From Candidatus Staskawiczbacteria bacterium (GTDB lineage Bacteria; Patescibacteriota; Minisyncoccia; Minisyncoccales; Staskawiczbacteraceae), in the NCBI GenBank assembly GCA_026395295.1, contig JAPLYZ010000006.1, positions 21,836 to 85,835 of the forward strand: a DNA stretch of 64,000 nt. Direction: 5' to 3'. The number at the start of each line of letters is the position of its first letter. Position 1 is the stretch's first letter. Positions 18,714-28,850 of the stretch are shown here, piece by piece. A model generated the notes under the pieces. That model was not told where the DNA came from. It was given only the letters and a program-made list of their open reading frames with translations, and ran no database searches. The translations under genes were made by a program, and so were the position numbers.

Positions 18714-19430
18714 ATGAAAACAAAAAAATATATTTCTTTGTTAGCGATAGTTGCGATAGCTTTAGGTCTCGTAGCTTTTGCCCCGGTTTTTGCAAAAAGT
18801 ATTCCCAATAATCCCGGGAGAGTGAACTATAATCGTGACCCGAATATTGTCGGCACTGTTTCGGTGATAAATGGTACGACGATAACTATGACTGGAAAAG
18901 CTAAAAAGACTAATGATGTCGCTGGAACTGCAACAACATATACAGTTAACGCCTCAAGCGCAAAAGTTATTAAAAATGGAGCAAGCTCTTCAATTTCAAG
19001 TATTGCAGTTGGAGACACAATAGTGGTTCAAGGAACAGTGAGCGGAACAAATATAGTTGCAAAAACTATTCGCGACGGAGCGCCTCAACCGGCAATTAAA
19101 GGCAATGGTCAGCCGGTCGTGGCTGGAAAAGTCACAAGCATCAGCGGAAGCACAATTACAATTGCCAATAACAGCAACGTTACCTATACAATAGACGCTT
19201 CAAATGCAAAGTTTATTGTTTCGGGAATAACAGGTCCGACACTTTCGAATATTGCAGTAGGAGATAGTGTGTTGGTCCAGGGAAATGTTAATGGAACATC
19301 GGTAGTAGCCTCTTCTGTAATTGACCAAAAAGCAAAGGTGAACAATACAGGAACCGGAAACAACAAAAAATCTCAACCCGGTTTTATGGGCGGTATCGCT
19401 AATTTTTTTAAGAACCTGTTTGGATTCTAA
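18714..19430 (+). CDS. Secreted DUF5666-like repeat protein
   Basis: Signal peptide; two GTVSVINGTTIT...IAVGD..VQG repeats. Confidence 0.7.
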   Translation: MKTKKYISLLAIVAIALGLVAFAPVFAKSIPNNPGRVNYNRDPNIVGTVSVINGTTITMTGKAKKTNDVAGTATTYTVNASSAKVIKNGASSSISSIAVGDTIVVQGTVSGTNIVAKTIRDGAPQPAIKGNGQPVVAGKVTSISGSTITIANNSNVTYTIDASNAKFIVSGITGPTLSNIAVGDSVLVQGNVNGTSVVASSVIDQKAKVNNTGTGNNKKSQPGFMGGIANFFKNLFGF

Positions 19431-19503
19431 ATTCGCGTGCAACTAAAAAATCTGATATAATAGAATAACAAATAGTTATTTATAATTAATTTATATTTTT
19501 TTT

Positions 19504-21465
19504 ATGAATTATAAAAAAATTGTTATTTTATTCGTATCAGGTTTTTTGTTTATGCCGGTTTTTGCGGTTTATGCGGCGACTCCGGCGCTTTCGCTTACAA
19601 ATAACGGCGACGGAAACAACGTCCAACTGGTTGTGAACGGAGACCCAAGTGTCAGCGTGATACTATATTACACAAAAGTTGGAGCTGGCGCGCAAATATC
19701 GTCTGTAGGAAACACAAGCTCTGGCGGATATTTTTCAACAGCCATCAGCACGTCATCTTATCAAATTGTTCCAAGCAGTTCTGTTTATGTGACAACAAAT
19801 GGTATTAGCGGACCATCATCAAACAGCGTTATTTGGCCCATTTCAACCAGCAACTCTTCTTTGACCACAATTTCTTTAAGTCAAACAGGAGTGGTGTTGT
19901 CAGCAGGCCAATCTGCAACAATAACTTCAACAGGAGCAGGTTCTTTATATTTATCAAACAACTCCAATCCGCAAATTGCCAACGTCAACGTAAACGGAAG
20001 CGCGGTTACAATTTTGGCAAACGCCAACGGTTCAACTGTCTCGACGGTCTGCTCAACCAGTAATACTTCAAGTTGCGCCAGCATTTATGTAACCGTACAA
20101 AACGCCGGAGTTCAGGCTTTAACTTTCGGACAGAATAACGTTACAATTGTTTCCGGACAAAATGTGCCAATTTCAGTAAGCGGAGGAACGGGCGTTTATA
20201 TGGTCCAAAATAATCCCAATTCATCAATTGTGCAGACAAGCATAAGCGGTTCTACAATAACTTTAAGCACCACAGCCTCGTCTGGCTTTTCGTCAATAAC
20301 GGTTTGTTCAACAAACATGAGTTCGTGCGGGATTATAAACGTGACCGTTGGAACCGCAAGCTCCTCTATTATTTCTTTTAATCCCTCAAACCCGACAGTG
20401 TCTGTGGGGCTTGGAACCACTGTAACAATTTCTGGGTCGTCGGGAGGGGTATATTACATTTCCAGCAATTCAAATCCAAGCATTGCGCAAGTAACTCTTT
20501 CTTCAAGCACCTTGACTGTTGTAGGAAATACCATTGGTTCATCGGTTGTTACAGTTTGTTCTTCTTTGGGCGGTTGCGGTTCGCTTACAATAACAGTAAA
20601 CTATGTGGCTTCGGGCGGAACAATATCTTTAAGCCAGAGTTCTTTGACGCTTTTAACCGGGCAAACATTAAGTGTTGTAATTTCCGGCGGGGCATCGCCA
20701 TATAGTATCATAAATCCTTTACAAAATATTGCGCAAACAAGTCTTAACGGAAACATTTTGGCAGTTTACGGAGCCAGTGTTGGAAGTGATTCATTGAATG
20801 TCTGCTCAGCAGAGGGTGGATGCGTTTCTCTGTCTGTTTTGGTAAATGGTTCTGGGGTTAACAACTCGCAATTGGTTTTAAGCCAGAATAATTTATCTTT
20901 GACTTCCGGGCAAAACACAACAATTTCTATTTCCGGCAACGGAAGTTACTATATTTCAAGCAATTTAAATTCCAGTGTTGCATCAGCGCAAATAAACGGC
21001 AGTTCCGCAGTTATAACTGCCATAACAGCCGGCACCGACACCATTTCAATATGTCAAAGCAATGGGCAGTGCGTTAATTTATTGGTTACTGTTTCTGCGG
21101 TTGTAAGTCCGTTCAATCCGCCGGCAACTCCACCGGCCACCACTTTTTCTCGTTATTTGTTTTCCGGAGTCAATGGGGAAGACGTCTTGCAACTTCAAAA
21201 AATACTTTCTGCGAAGGGATTTCTATCTGCAACTCCAAATGGCCATTATGGCCCGGCAACTGTTGCAGGTGTCAAAAAATTACAGAAAGCCAATGGGCTT
21301 AGTCAGCTTGGAACAGTGGGCCCTTCAACCAGAAGTATTTTGAACCAAATTTTGAATTCAACCCCAAATGCTTCATCGGCCGCAATAAGAGAACAGCAAA
21401 TGGCAACAATCCAACAGCAAATACAGCAACTTATGGCTCAGATAGCTCAAATTCAAGGACAATAG
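19504..21465 (+). CDS. Ser/Thr-rich surface protein with Ig-like repeats and C-terminal peptidoglycan-binding domain
   Basis: Signal peptide; repeats ending in C-x5-7-C; GEDVLQLQKIL...GHYGPATVAGVKKLQ. Confidence 0.75.
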   Translation: MNYKKIVILFVSGFLFMPVFAVYAATPALSLTNNGDGNNVQLVVNGDPSVSVILYYTKVGAGAQISSVGNTSSGGYFSTAISTSSYQIVPSSSVYVTTNGISGPSSNSVIWPISTSNSSLTTISLSQTGVVLSAGQSATITSTGAGSLYLSNNSNPQIANVNVNGSAVTILANANGSTVSTVCSTSNTSSCASIYVTVQNAGVQALTFGQNNVTIVSGQNVPISVSGGTGVYMVQNNPNSSIVQTSISGSTITLSTTASSGFSSITVCSTNMSSCGIINVTVGTASSSIISFNPSNPTVSVGLGTTVTISGSSGGVYYISSNSNPSIAQVTLSSSTLTVVGNTIGSSVVTVCSSLGGCGSLTITVNYVASGGTISLSQSSLTLLTGQTLSVVISGGASPYSIINPLQNIAQTSLNGNILAVYGASVGSDSLNVCSAEGGCVSLSVLVNGSGVNNSQLVLSQNNLSLTSGQNTTISISGNGSYYISSNLNSSVASAQINGSSAVITAITAGTDTISICQSNGQCVNLLVTVSAVVSPFNPPATPPATTFSRYLFSGVNGEDVLQLQKILSAKGFLSATPNGHYGPATVAGVKKLQKANGLSQLGTVGPSTRSILNQILNSTPNASSAAIREQQMATIQQQIQQLMAQIAQIQGQ

Positions 21466-21487
21466 CTCCATTTATAAATCAAAGGTA

Positions 21488-21535
21488 TTGACAATACTGA
21501 TAATTTTTGTTAGAATACAAGAAGATCGTTGAAAA
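21488..21535 (+). promoter_or_regulatory. Sigma70 promoter plus boxA-like motif (unit D)
   Basis: TTGACA-17-TAGAAT; GATCGTTGAAAA at 21524. Confidence 0.65.
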
Positions 21536-21564
21536 CGAAACGACACAGCCAAGATTGAATTAAT

Positions 21565-22149
21565 ATGAAATTGACAGAAGCAGTATATGACGCCATTTTT
21601 AATGGCACCAGCGATGGGATTTTGATCGTCAGTAGGGTGGGGATCGAAATTTGCAACAAGGCCTTCACCCTGATGACCGGGTACCAGCTGGGAGAATCAG
21701 CGAGTTTGAAAATCCCCGACTTACAGCCTCCGGGGAGCTCGCCGTCTATTTTCGATGAATTGAGGAAGACTTTCGAGGGAGGGGAAGGCGTGCAACTTGA
21801 TGTCGAATTTGCGCGGAAGAGCGGAGCCTTGTTTTTTGTGAATGCAAGTTTGTCCGCTGTTGAGTTGGACGGGCGAAGGTGTGTGCTGATGTCTCTCCGA
21901 GACATCACCGAGCGGAGAATGGCGGAAATCCAGCTCCGGCAAGCGCTTAGAGAGGCGAAAGTTTTGAGAGGCTTGCTTCCAATTTGCGCCGGTTGCAAGA
22001 AAATTCGGGATGACAAAAATCAGTGGACCCAAGTGGAGGCGTACGTTGCAAAACACACTGAAGCCACATTTACTCATGGCATGTGCCCGGATTGCATCAA
22101 GAAGTATTACCCAGACATTGAGATGGACGCCAGCGGTAACGTTGTGTAG
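21565..22149 (+). CDS. PAS domain protein with C-terminal Cys motif
   Basis: NKAFTLMTGY...RDITERR; LLPICAGCKKIRDD...THGMCPDC. Confidence 0.85.
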   Translation: MKLTEAVYDAIFNGTSDGILIVSRVGIEICNKAFTLMTGYQLGESASLKIPDLQPPGSSPSIFDELRKTFEGGEGVQLDVEFARKSGALFFVNASLSAVELDGRRCVLMSLRDITERRMAEIQLRQALREAKVLRGLLPICAGCKKIRDDKNQWTQVEAYVAKHTEATFTHGMCPDCIKKYYPDIEMDASGNVV

Positions 22150-22266
22150 CCCTTTTGGGGCGGTTAGTATGCGGAGCTTATTAAGCCCGCTTTTTTTTGT
22201 AAATAGTTTGCATTTTTGTTGTAAAAGGAGTATCAATAAGTAATAATAATTAAAAATTAAAAAACT

Positions 22267-23034
22267 ATGGATATTGTATTATTTTATATTTTAGTAGTTT
22301 TAGTTGTTGTTGCTCTTTCCGGCATTCGCGTGATTAAGGAATATGAAAGAGCAGTTATTTTCTTTTTGGGAAAACAAACCGTTATCAGGGGTCCTGGTCT
22401 TATATATTTGATTCCTGTCTTTGAAATAATGGTTAAAGTGAGTTTTAGGACAATAACAATGGGCATTCCGTCGCAAAAAATTATTACAAAAGATAATGTT
22501 TCCATTGATATTGCGGCCGTGGCATATTACCACATAGTTGATCCAAAAAAATCAGTTATTGCCATTGAAGATGTTTTTAGCGCGGTAAATCAAATAAGCC
22601 AAACAACTGTGAGAAATGTTGTGGGTCAATTCCAGCTTGACCAATTATTATCGCAAACTTCTGACATTAACAATCAAATAAAAAATGTCATTGACAATCA
22701 TACCGAGCCCTGGGGAGTTCAGGTAACAGCAGTGGAAATTAAAGACATTATTTTGCCTGACAACATGCAAAGAGCCATGGCAAAAGAAGCTGAGGCTGAA
22801 AGAGAGAGAAGGGCGAAAATTGTTGCCGCGCAAGGAGAGTTCCAAGCAGCTGAGAAATTGGGTCAAGCTGCAGATATCATTGTCAAACATCCTATAGCCT
22901 TGCAATTAAGAACCCTACAAACAATGTCTGAAATTGCAACAGAGAAGAATTCCACTATTATTTTTCCCGCTCAATTTATGACAACAGTTAAAGAAGTTAT
23001 AGACACCATAAAGGCTGACAACATAAGCAAGTAA
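22267..23034 (+). CDS. SPFH/band 7 (stomatin-like) protein
   Basis: IITKDNVSI, AMAKEAEAERERRAK, ALQLRTLQT. Confidence 0.9.
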   Translation: MDIVLFYILVVLVVVALSGIRVIKEYERAVIFFLGKQTVIRGPGLIYLIPVFEIMVKVSFRTITMGIPSQKIITKDNVSIDIAAVAYYHIVDPKKSVIAIEDVFSAVNQISQTTVRNVVGQFQLDQLLSQTSDINNQIKNVIDNHTEPWGVQVTAVEIKDIILPDNMQRAMAKEAEAERERRAKIVAAQGEFQAAEKLGQAADIIVKHPIALQLRTLQTMSEIATEKNSTIIFPAQFMTTVKEVIDTIKADNISK

Positions 23035-23045
23035 TTTTTCAAAAA

Positions 23046-23084
23046 TAAAAACCGTCTTCGGGGTTGCCCCGAGGACGGTTTTTT
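23046..23084 (+). terminator. Intrinsic terminator
   Basis: AAAAACCGTCTTCGGGG-ttg-CCCCGAGGACGGTTTTT. Confidence 0.75.
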
Positions 23085-23098
23085 GGTAAAGTTGATAT

Positions 23099-24229
23099 AT
23101 GAGCAAAGCCTTGGATATTCATAGAAAATTAAAGGGGAAGATAGAGATACGCCCGAAAATAAAAGTCTCAAAGAGGAACTTAGGTTTAATTTACACACCG
23201 GGTGTGGTTGAGGTGACAAGAGAGATTGCAAATAATCCTGAAAAGTCTTACGAATACACCGGTCGCGGAAATAACGTGGCAATTATTACCGATGGTTCGC
23301 GCACGCTTGGGGTTGGGAACACGGTTCCTGAAGCATCTTTGCCTGTAATGGAAGGCAAGGCAATGTTTTTGAAATTACTTGCAGGAGTTGATGCGTATCC
23401 CTTATGCTTAAACACGAAATCCAAAGAAGAGATTTTGCGAACTATTGAAATTTTATCTCCTAATTTTGGAGCTTTTAATTTGGAAGACACATTAGCTCCA
23501 AAAAGTTTAGAAATTATGGAGGAATTGAGGCAAAAAGATTTTATTGTTTTTCACGACGACGAACAAGGCGTGGCAATAGTTGTTTTGGCATCGCTATTGA
23601 ATGCCTTAAAAGTTGTCGGTAAAAAATTGGGGAAAATAAAAATTTGTGTTGCCGGAGCAGGAGCAGCAGGATATGGTATTTTTAAAATTTTAAATTATGC
23701 AGGCGTTAAGAATATGATATTTTTTGACGCTAAAGGAATTATATTCAAAGGCAGGGAAGGGGACAATAAATATTTAAAAGAAATAGCCAAAGGTACGAAC
23801 TTCGGAAACTTAAGAGGCGCGAAAATTGAGGCAATTTTAGGAGCAGATGTTTTTATTGGAGTTTCCGGAGTTGGAAATCTTTTGAAAAGTTCCGACATAA
23901 AGCTTATGGCTGAGAAACCAATAATTTTTGCCATTTCAAACCCCAATCCGGAGGTTTTGCCCGAAGAAATAGAAAAAATTGCAAAAGAATATATTTTCGC
24001 CAGCGGAAGCTCTAATTTTAAAAATCAAATTAACAACATTATTGTTTTCCCGGGAGTTTTTAGGGGGCTTTTAGATTACAGAAAAAAAATGGATCTGGCG
24101 CTGGAACTGAAAATTGCAGAATCAATAGCCTTCTTGGTCAAACAACCGAAAAAAAATAAAATTATACCAAACCCATTTGATAAAAGATTGGTTAAAACCA
24201 TAACCTTGTGCATTAAGAATTTTTGTTGA
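23099..24229 (+). CDS. NAD(P)-dependent malic enzyme (short type)
   Basis: YTPGV, PVMEGKA, NLED, HDD, GAGAAG, NQINN..FPG. Confidence 0.85.
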   Translation: MSKALDIHRKLKGKIEIRPKIKVSKRNLGLIYTPGVVEVTREIANNPEKSYEYTGRGNNVAIITDGSRTLGVGNTVPEASLPVMEGKAMFLKLLAGVDAYPLCLNTKSKEEILRTIEILSPNFGAFNLEDTLAPKSLEIMEELRQKDFIVFHDDEQGVAIVVLASLLNALKVVGKKLGKIKICVAGAGAAGYGIFKILNYAGVKNMIFFDAKGIIFKGREGDNKYLKEIAKGTNFGNLRGAKIEAILGADVFIGVSGVGNLLKSSDIKLMAEKPIIFAISNPNPEVLPEEIEKIAKEYIFASGSSNFKNQINNIIVFPGVFRGLLDYRKKMDLALELKIAESIAFLVKQPKKNKIIPNPFDKRLVKTITLCIKNFC

Positions 24230-24273
24230 CTTTTATTATGGCGCGTTGTAATGTTTAATTAGTTCTTAAACAA
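24226..24273 (+). promoter_or_regulatory. Sigma70 promoter plus boxA-like motif (unit E)
   Basis: TTGACT-17-TAATGT; GTTCTTAAACAA at 24262. Confidence 0.55.
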
Positions 24274-24300
24274 CCAAGCAAATAGAAAGAGAGAGCAGAT

Positions 24301-25353
24301 ATGAATACACCGAAATCGATAATTCCGAATGGGGCGCTTACTGCGTTAGTGACTCCGCTTTTACCCAATGGGGAAATATATTGGGGAGGGCTTGAAAAGC
24401 TTGTTGCCTTTCAGGCTTCCCAGGGAATCTCTGGTATAGTTCCAGTTGGGACAACCGGAGAATCCTCAACTTTGGCTGAGCATGAGCACAATGCGGTCAT
24501 CAGGCAAACGCTTAAGCTGGGCTTAGGTAAATTGTTGGTTATGCCCGGGTGCGGGTCAAACAACACCAAGGAAGCCATGCATTATGTGCAAGTGGCTGCC
24601 AAAAACGGCGCCAAGGCAGTTCTTTTAGTGGATTGCTACTACAACGGACCATCGTCCTTGGAACTTCGAAATGAGTACTATGGTCCGATCGCTAAAGCTT
24701 TTCCCGATGTTGCCATTGTTCCGTACATCATCCCGGGGCGGACAGGTTGCGCCTTGTGGCCCCAGGATTTGGCAGAACTCAATCGCGAATTTCCCAATGT
24801 CTGTGCGGTCAAAGAGGCGACCGGAGACTTGGCGAGAATGTCGCATACCAGGTTTTTGACCTCGCCGGAATTCCAGATTTTTTCAGGCGACGACGATAAG
24901 ACGCTTGAGATGATGTGTAGTAATCAAATCAGAGCATGCGGAGTGATTTCAGTAGTTTCAAATATCGCTCCGGCGGCAGTGCAGGTTATGTGCACAGCAG
25001 CCCTCAGGGGTGATTTCAACTCCGCCGTGGCAATGTACGAGAAGCTGGCTCCATTGTTCAATATTGTGACAGTTTTGGCGGACCGAAAAGTGGGGAATTC
25101 GTCGGCTGTTACCGACAAGTTTCGCAACCCGCTACCGATCAAGACCGCAATGAACGCGCTCGGAATGCCGGCAGGACCTTGCCGACAACCGCTTGGCAAA
25201 ATGACGCCAGCCGGCGCGCAAAAAGTTCGCGAGGCGCTCACCGAGGTCTGGCGGAAAAGTCCCGAGGTACTTTTACCCATACAAGGCTTCTTCGACGTCA
25301 ACATCGAGCAACGGCTTTCGGATGAAACTCTTTGGAGAGTTTTATGCTATTAG
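24301..25353 (+). CDS. dapA: 4-hydroxy-tetrahydrodipicolinate synthase
   Basis: GTTGES, YIIPGRTG, VKEATGD, SGDD, NPLPIK. Confidence 0.85.
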   Translation: MNTPKSIIPNGALTALVTPLLPNGEIYWGGLEKLVAFQASQGISGIVPVGTTGESSTLAEHEHNAVIRQTLKLGLGKLLVMPGCGSNNTKEAMHYVQVAAKNGAKAVLLVDCYYNGPSSLELRNEYYGPIAKAFPDVAIVPYIIPGRTGCALWPQDLAELNREFPNVCAVKEATGDLARMSHTRFLTSPEFQIFSGDDDKTLEMMCSNQIRACGVISVVSNIAPAAVQVMCTAALRGDFNSAVAMYEKLAPLFNIVTVLADRKVGNSSAVTDKFRNPLPIKTAMNALGMPAGPCRQPLGKMTPAGAQKVREALTEVWRKSPEVLLPIQGFFDVNIEQRLSDETLWRVLCY

Positions 25354-25442
25354 GCTTTCGCGTTTGCGAGAGCAAGCACCCAGTGCAGAAATGCACAGGG
25401 TCTTTTTTTGTCTGCGCGAGCATTTTCTGATATAATAAAACC

Positions 25443-27383
25443 ATGAAAGCAACAAATATATTATCAGTATTTTTATTATTTTTATTTATTCCATTGGTCG
25501 CCGGAGCTTCTTTGAATGCCAATCTATATTATGGCTTAAAAAATAATAACGACGTCAGAACGCTTCAGCAATATTTAATTAGCAAGGGATTTTTTACCGG
25601 TTCAGCAACCGGCAACTTTTTTTCTTTGACTCTCGGGGGTGTTAAAAAATATCAGACAAGCAAGAGCATAAATTCAACAGGATATGTCGGACCCTTGACT
25701 CGGCAAGCAATAAACACCGATTTGTCGGGTATTGCGCCGGCATCACCTGCGCTATCTGCATCTAATTTACCTTCGCTTACAGGCTCGTTAGATTTATCAC
25801 AAGACGCATTATATTCTAACCAAACAGTTATGGCCCCTAAAACAAAGCTAAGATTAGCCGGTTTCACTTTGAAAAACAATACAACCGAGACAATAAATCT
25901 TAAAACAATAGAGGTTGATTTTGCAATAGGCTCTAATTTGTATGTTGCCAATAATTACATAACAAATTTGTATGCGATTTGCGGAGATAAACAAACAGGT
26001 GCCTTGGGCGCAGTGTCTCATAATAATTATTTGTCGGTTGACTCTCAGCTGGCAGCCGGGAAAACAATTGACCTGTCTATTTACGGAGATATAAACTCTT
26101 CAGTCCCGACAGGTTCGGCTATTAATACTAGTGTATTGGCGTCTGGCGTGTCTGTCATTTCCGGAACCGCGGTCAGTACCAACTCAAATGTTGTTCTGGC
26201 TGGGCAAAACATATCTTTTGGAACAAGCTCGTTTGCCGTAGGGCAAGACAGTTCAACTCCTGCGTTAAAAATAGTTTCAATGGGTCAGAGAGTTGTTGCC
26301 GGTAAATTTCAATTCACTTCAACAAACGATTCTTATACAATATTGGAATTAAAGTTTATTGTCCCAAACTCTCAATTCGCTTCAGCAATATCTGGAGCAG
26401 TTCTGTCAGACACCTCATCGGCAACCCCGTCATCACCAAAGCCGACATCTACTGTTTATTACAATGGTTTTTCTATTTTAGATTTTAACTTAAGCGTTTT
26501 AGTCCCGGCCAATTCTTCAAAGTCATTAACTTTATATTACGATTTGAACGCTCTCGCGACTTCGGTCGGAACCAACTTGAACATGGCTCCCACATTAGCC
26601 TATGTTAAGGCTGCAAACGGAGAAGGAGTTTTTATTGATGGCGTTGCTAAGAATTACAACAATAATATAGTTACTCGTTACAACGGTATTACGCTTCCGG
26701 ATGTCGGGGTGCTGGTTAATGGTATTTATTTATTCAAAAGTATTCCGATTTTTACAGCAGCTGCGTCCAGTGCCAGCGTAGCAGATGGCTCAAACGCAAA
26801 TCTTTATACTTTCAATGTCGCTGCTGATCAAAACGGAGATATTTCTATAAAACAAATAATGTTTAAAATTTCAATAAGCGATCCGAAAAACAGCTACCCA
26901 AACCTTACAAACTTTACCTTTTTAAAAAATGGCTCTGATTATACCAGCTCGGTGGCTATTAGTAATGACGTGAATGATATAAGTGTAAGTATGGCCAACA
27001 TTGGCATTGGAGTCGGGGCGAATACAGTGGTGTTGACTTTTAACGAAGAAGAAACAATTTCGGCAGGAAAAAATGCAACGTATATCCTAAAAGCAAAGGT
27101 AAACAATTTTTTGTCGTCTTCTTCTGTTTCAACCTATATTCCATCGGATGGCGCTATATCAACCAACGGAAATTATTTAAGAATGACGTTTACTAATATC
27201 TACGGATTGTCACAAATTCCCTCAGACCTTTATGTGGTAAACTATAATTTGTTATGGTCTGACAGGTCAAACATTGCTTTTTTTCCTCATAGCGGCGCAA
27301 ACGGCTATTCGACAGGGGATTGGTATAACGGGTTTAAGGTCTCAGGCTTGCCCTCAACAGCTCAAACCGTTACAGCTAAATAA
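25443..27383 (+). CDS. Surface protein with N-terminal peptidoglycan-binding domain
   Basis: Signal peptide; DVRTLQQYL...GNFFSLT...TGYVGPLTR. Confidence 0.75.
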   Translation: MKATNILSVFLLFLFIPLVAGASLNANLYYGLKNNNDVRTLQQYLISKGFFTGSATGNFFSLTLGGVKKYQTSKSINSTGYVGPLTRQAINTDLSGIAPASPALSASNLPSLTGSLDLSQDALYSNQTVMAPKTKLRLAGFTLKNNTTETINLKTIEVDFAIGSNLYVANNYITNLYAICGDKQTGALGAVSHNNYLSVDSQLAAGKTIDLSIYGDINSSVPTGSAINTSVLASGVSVISGTAVSTNSNVVLAGQNISFGTSSFAVGQDSSTPALKIVSMGQRVVAGKFQFTSTNDSYTILELKFIVPNSQFASAISGAVLSDTSSATPSSPKPTSTVYYNGFSILDFNLSVLVPANSSKSLTLYYDLNALATSVGTNLNMAPTLAYVKAANGEGVFIDGVAKNYNNNIVTRYNGITLPDVGVLVNGIYLFKSIPIFTAAASSASVADGSNANLYTFNVAADQNGDISIKQIMFKISISDPKNSYPNLTNFTFLKNGSDYTSSVAISNDVNDISVSMANIGIGVGANTVVLTFNEEETISAGKNATYILKAKVNNFLSSSSVSTYIPSDGAISTNGNYLRMTFTNIYGLSQIPSDLYVVNYNLLWSDRSNIAFFPHSGANGYSTGDWYNGFKVSGLPSTAQTVTAK

Positions 27384-27388
27384 AAAAA

Positions 27389-28294
27389 ATGATTTACTGG
27401 TTGGTAACAATAATCTCGGCTTATCTTTTTTTTGCTTTCGCGTCATTGTGCGATAAGTTGGTTTTAGCTGGAAAACCGAAGCCCGCTTCGTACACATTTT
27501 ACGTTGGCGCCTTCAGTCTGTTTGTGGTTTTTCTTATGCCATTCACAAAATTTGGTTTTCCCAGCTCTGGGGAGCTGATTTGGGTTGTATTAGACGCTGT
27601 CGTCCATATAGCCGGTTTGTATGCGATGTTTGTTGCTATACAAAGGTTTGACGTTTCTAAGGTTGTGGCAACCATAGGAGCCACTCAGCCTATATTTATT
27701 TTGCTTCTAACGTGGTTTTTTTGGGGGCCGCAGGCTATTCCCGCGATAGATATTCTGGCTTTCGGCATATTGTTTTTGGGCAGTATTATTATTTCCGTTG
27801 AAAAAAATTCTAAAGTCACTGCCGATTATCTGAAGATTACTGTAATCTCTTCCTTGATGTTTTCTTTAGATTACATTTTTTCCAAGATTGTTTTTCTAGA
27901 CCAGCCCTTTTTACAGGGAATTATCTGGATAAGGATATTCGTGTTCCTGCTCGTTTTGCTTTTTCTTTTATCAAGAAAGTCCAGAAAAGAAATTCTTTCA
28001 AGACAGACCCTCTCTAATAAAAAAACGCAGATAGCTTTTTTTGCTGCGCAATTGCTGGGCGGAGCAGCCAATTTTTTACAAAGTCTTGCTATATCCTTGG
28101 CTCCGGTAGCTTTTTTGGCAACAGTAAATTCTCTTAGAGGGATCCAGTATGTCTTTCTTTTTATAGCGACTCTTATTACCTCTATTTTTTTACCGAAGAT
28201 CCTAAAGGAAACGCTATCAAAGAAGGTTGTTGCGCAAAAAGTTATTTCCATTGCGTTGATAGCAGTCGGTCTATCTATACTTGTAGTCCGCTAA
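27389..28294 (+). CDS. EamA/DMT family transporter
   Basis: About 10 TM helices with internal duplication. Confidence 0.7.
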   Translation: MIYWLVTIISAYLFFAFASLCDKLVLAGKPKPASYTFYVGAFSLFVVFLMPFTKFGFPSSGELIWVVLDAVVHIAGLYAMFVAIQRFDVSKVVATIGATQPIFILLLTWFFWGPQAIPAIDILAFGILFLGSIIISVEKNSKVTADYLKITVISSLMFSLDYIFSKIVFLDQPFLQGIIWIRIFVFLLVLLFLLSRKSRKEILSRQTLSNKKTQIAFFAAQLLGGAANFLQSLAISLAPVAFLATVNSLRGIQYVFLFIATLITSIFLPKILKETLSKKVVAQKVISIALIAVGLSILVVR

Positions 28295-28296
28295 GC

Positions 28297-28336
28297 AAAA
28301 TAAAAACTCCTGAAATTAATCAGGAGTTTTTATTTT
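28297..28336. terminator. Bidirectional terminator
   Basis: AAAATAAAAACTCCTGA...TCAGGAGTTTTTATTTT between convergent genes. Confidence 0.75.
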
Positions 28337-28345
28337 GCTGTCCAG

Positions 28346-28606
28346 TTAGGACAAATGCTTTGAAACTAATTTTGTCATCTCAAACATATCAACTACGGCT
28401 TTTCCGCCAAAAACCACTTTTAACTTGGCGTCAGCGATTATGTTTCTCTTTGCTTTTGGGTCCTGTAAATTGTTTTTTTTGATGTATGCCCAAAGTTTTT
28501 TTACAACTTCAGACCTTGGCATCGGGCCCTTTCCTACAACTGCCTCTAAATCAGCGGACAGTTTTAACGGCTTCATGAAAGCCGAGTTTGCCTTTTTTGC
28601 TGGCAT
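28346..28606 (-). CDS. Stand-alone SWIB/MDM2 domain protein
   Basis: SADLEAVVG...PRSEVVKKLWAYIKKNNLQDP...MFEMTKLVSKHL; ATG at 28606. Confidence 0.9.
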   Translation of the reverse strand: MPAKKANSAFMKPLKLSADLEAVVGKGPMPRSEVVKKLWAYIKKNNLQDPKAKRNIIADAKLKVVFGGKAVVDMFEMTKLVSKHLS

Positions 28607-28850
28607 TATTTTAACCGCTCGTTTAGTGATTTTTCTGCCTCGTTCAGTCCATTGCAATAAAGACTGAACAAATTGAAAAAATTACTTATCGCCCGGTTTT
28701 TAATTAATTACCTTAATAATATTACCTCTATACTCTTATATTGGCATATATCCCCCTGTAAAGCAAGGTTGTCAACCATTTTTCAATGGATTTTATCCAC
28801 ATATGGGGGCTTGTATTCGTCTTTATTCTGGGGTAAAATAATAGAATAAC

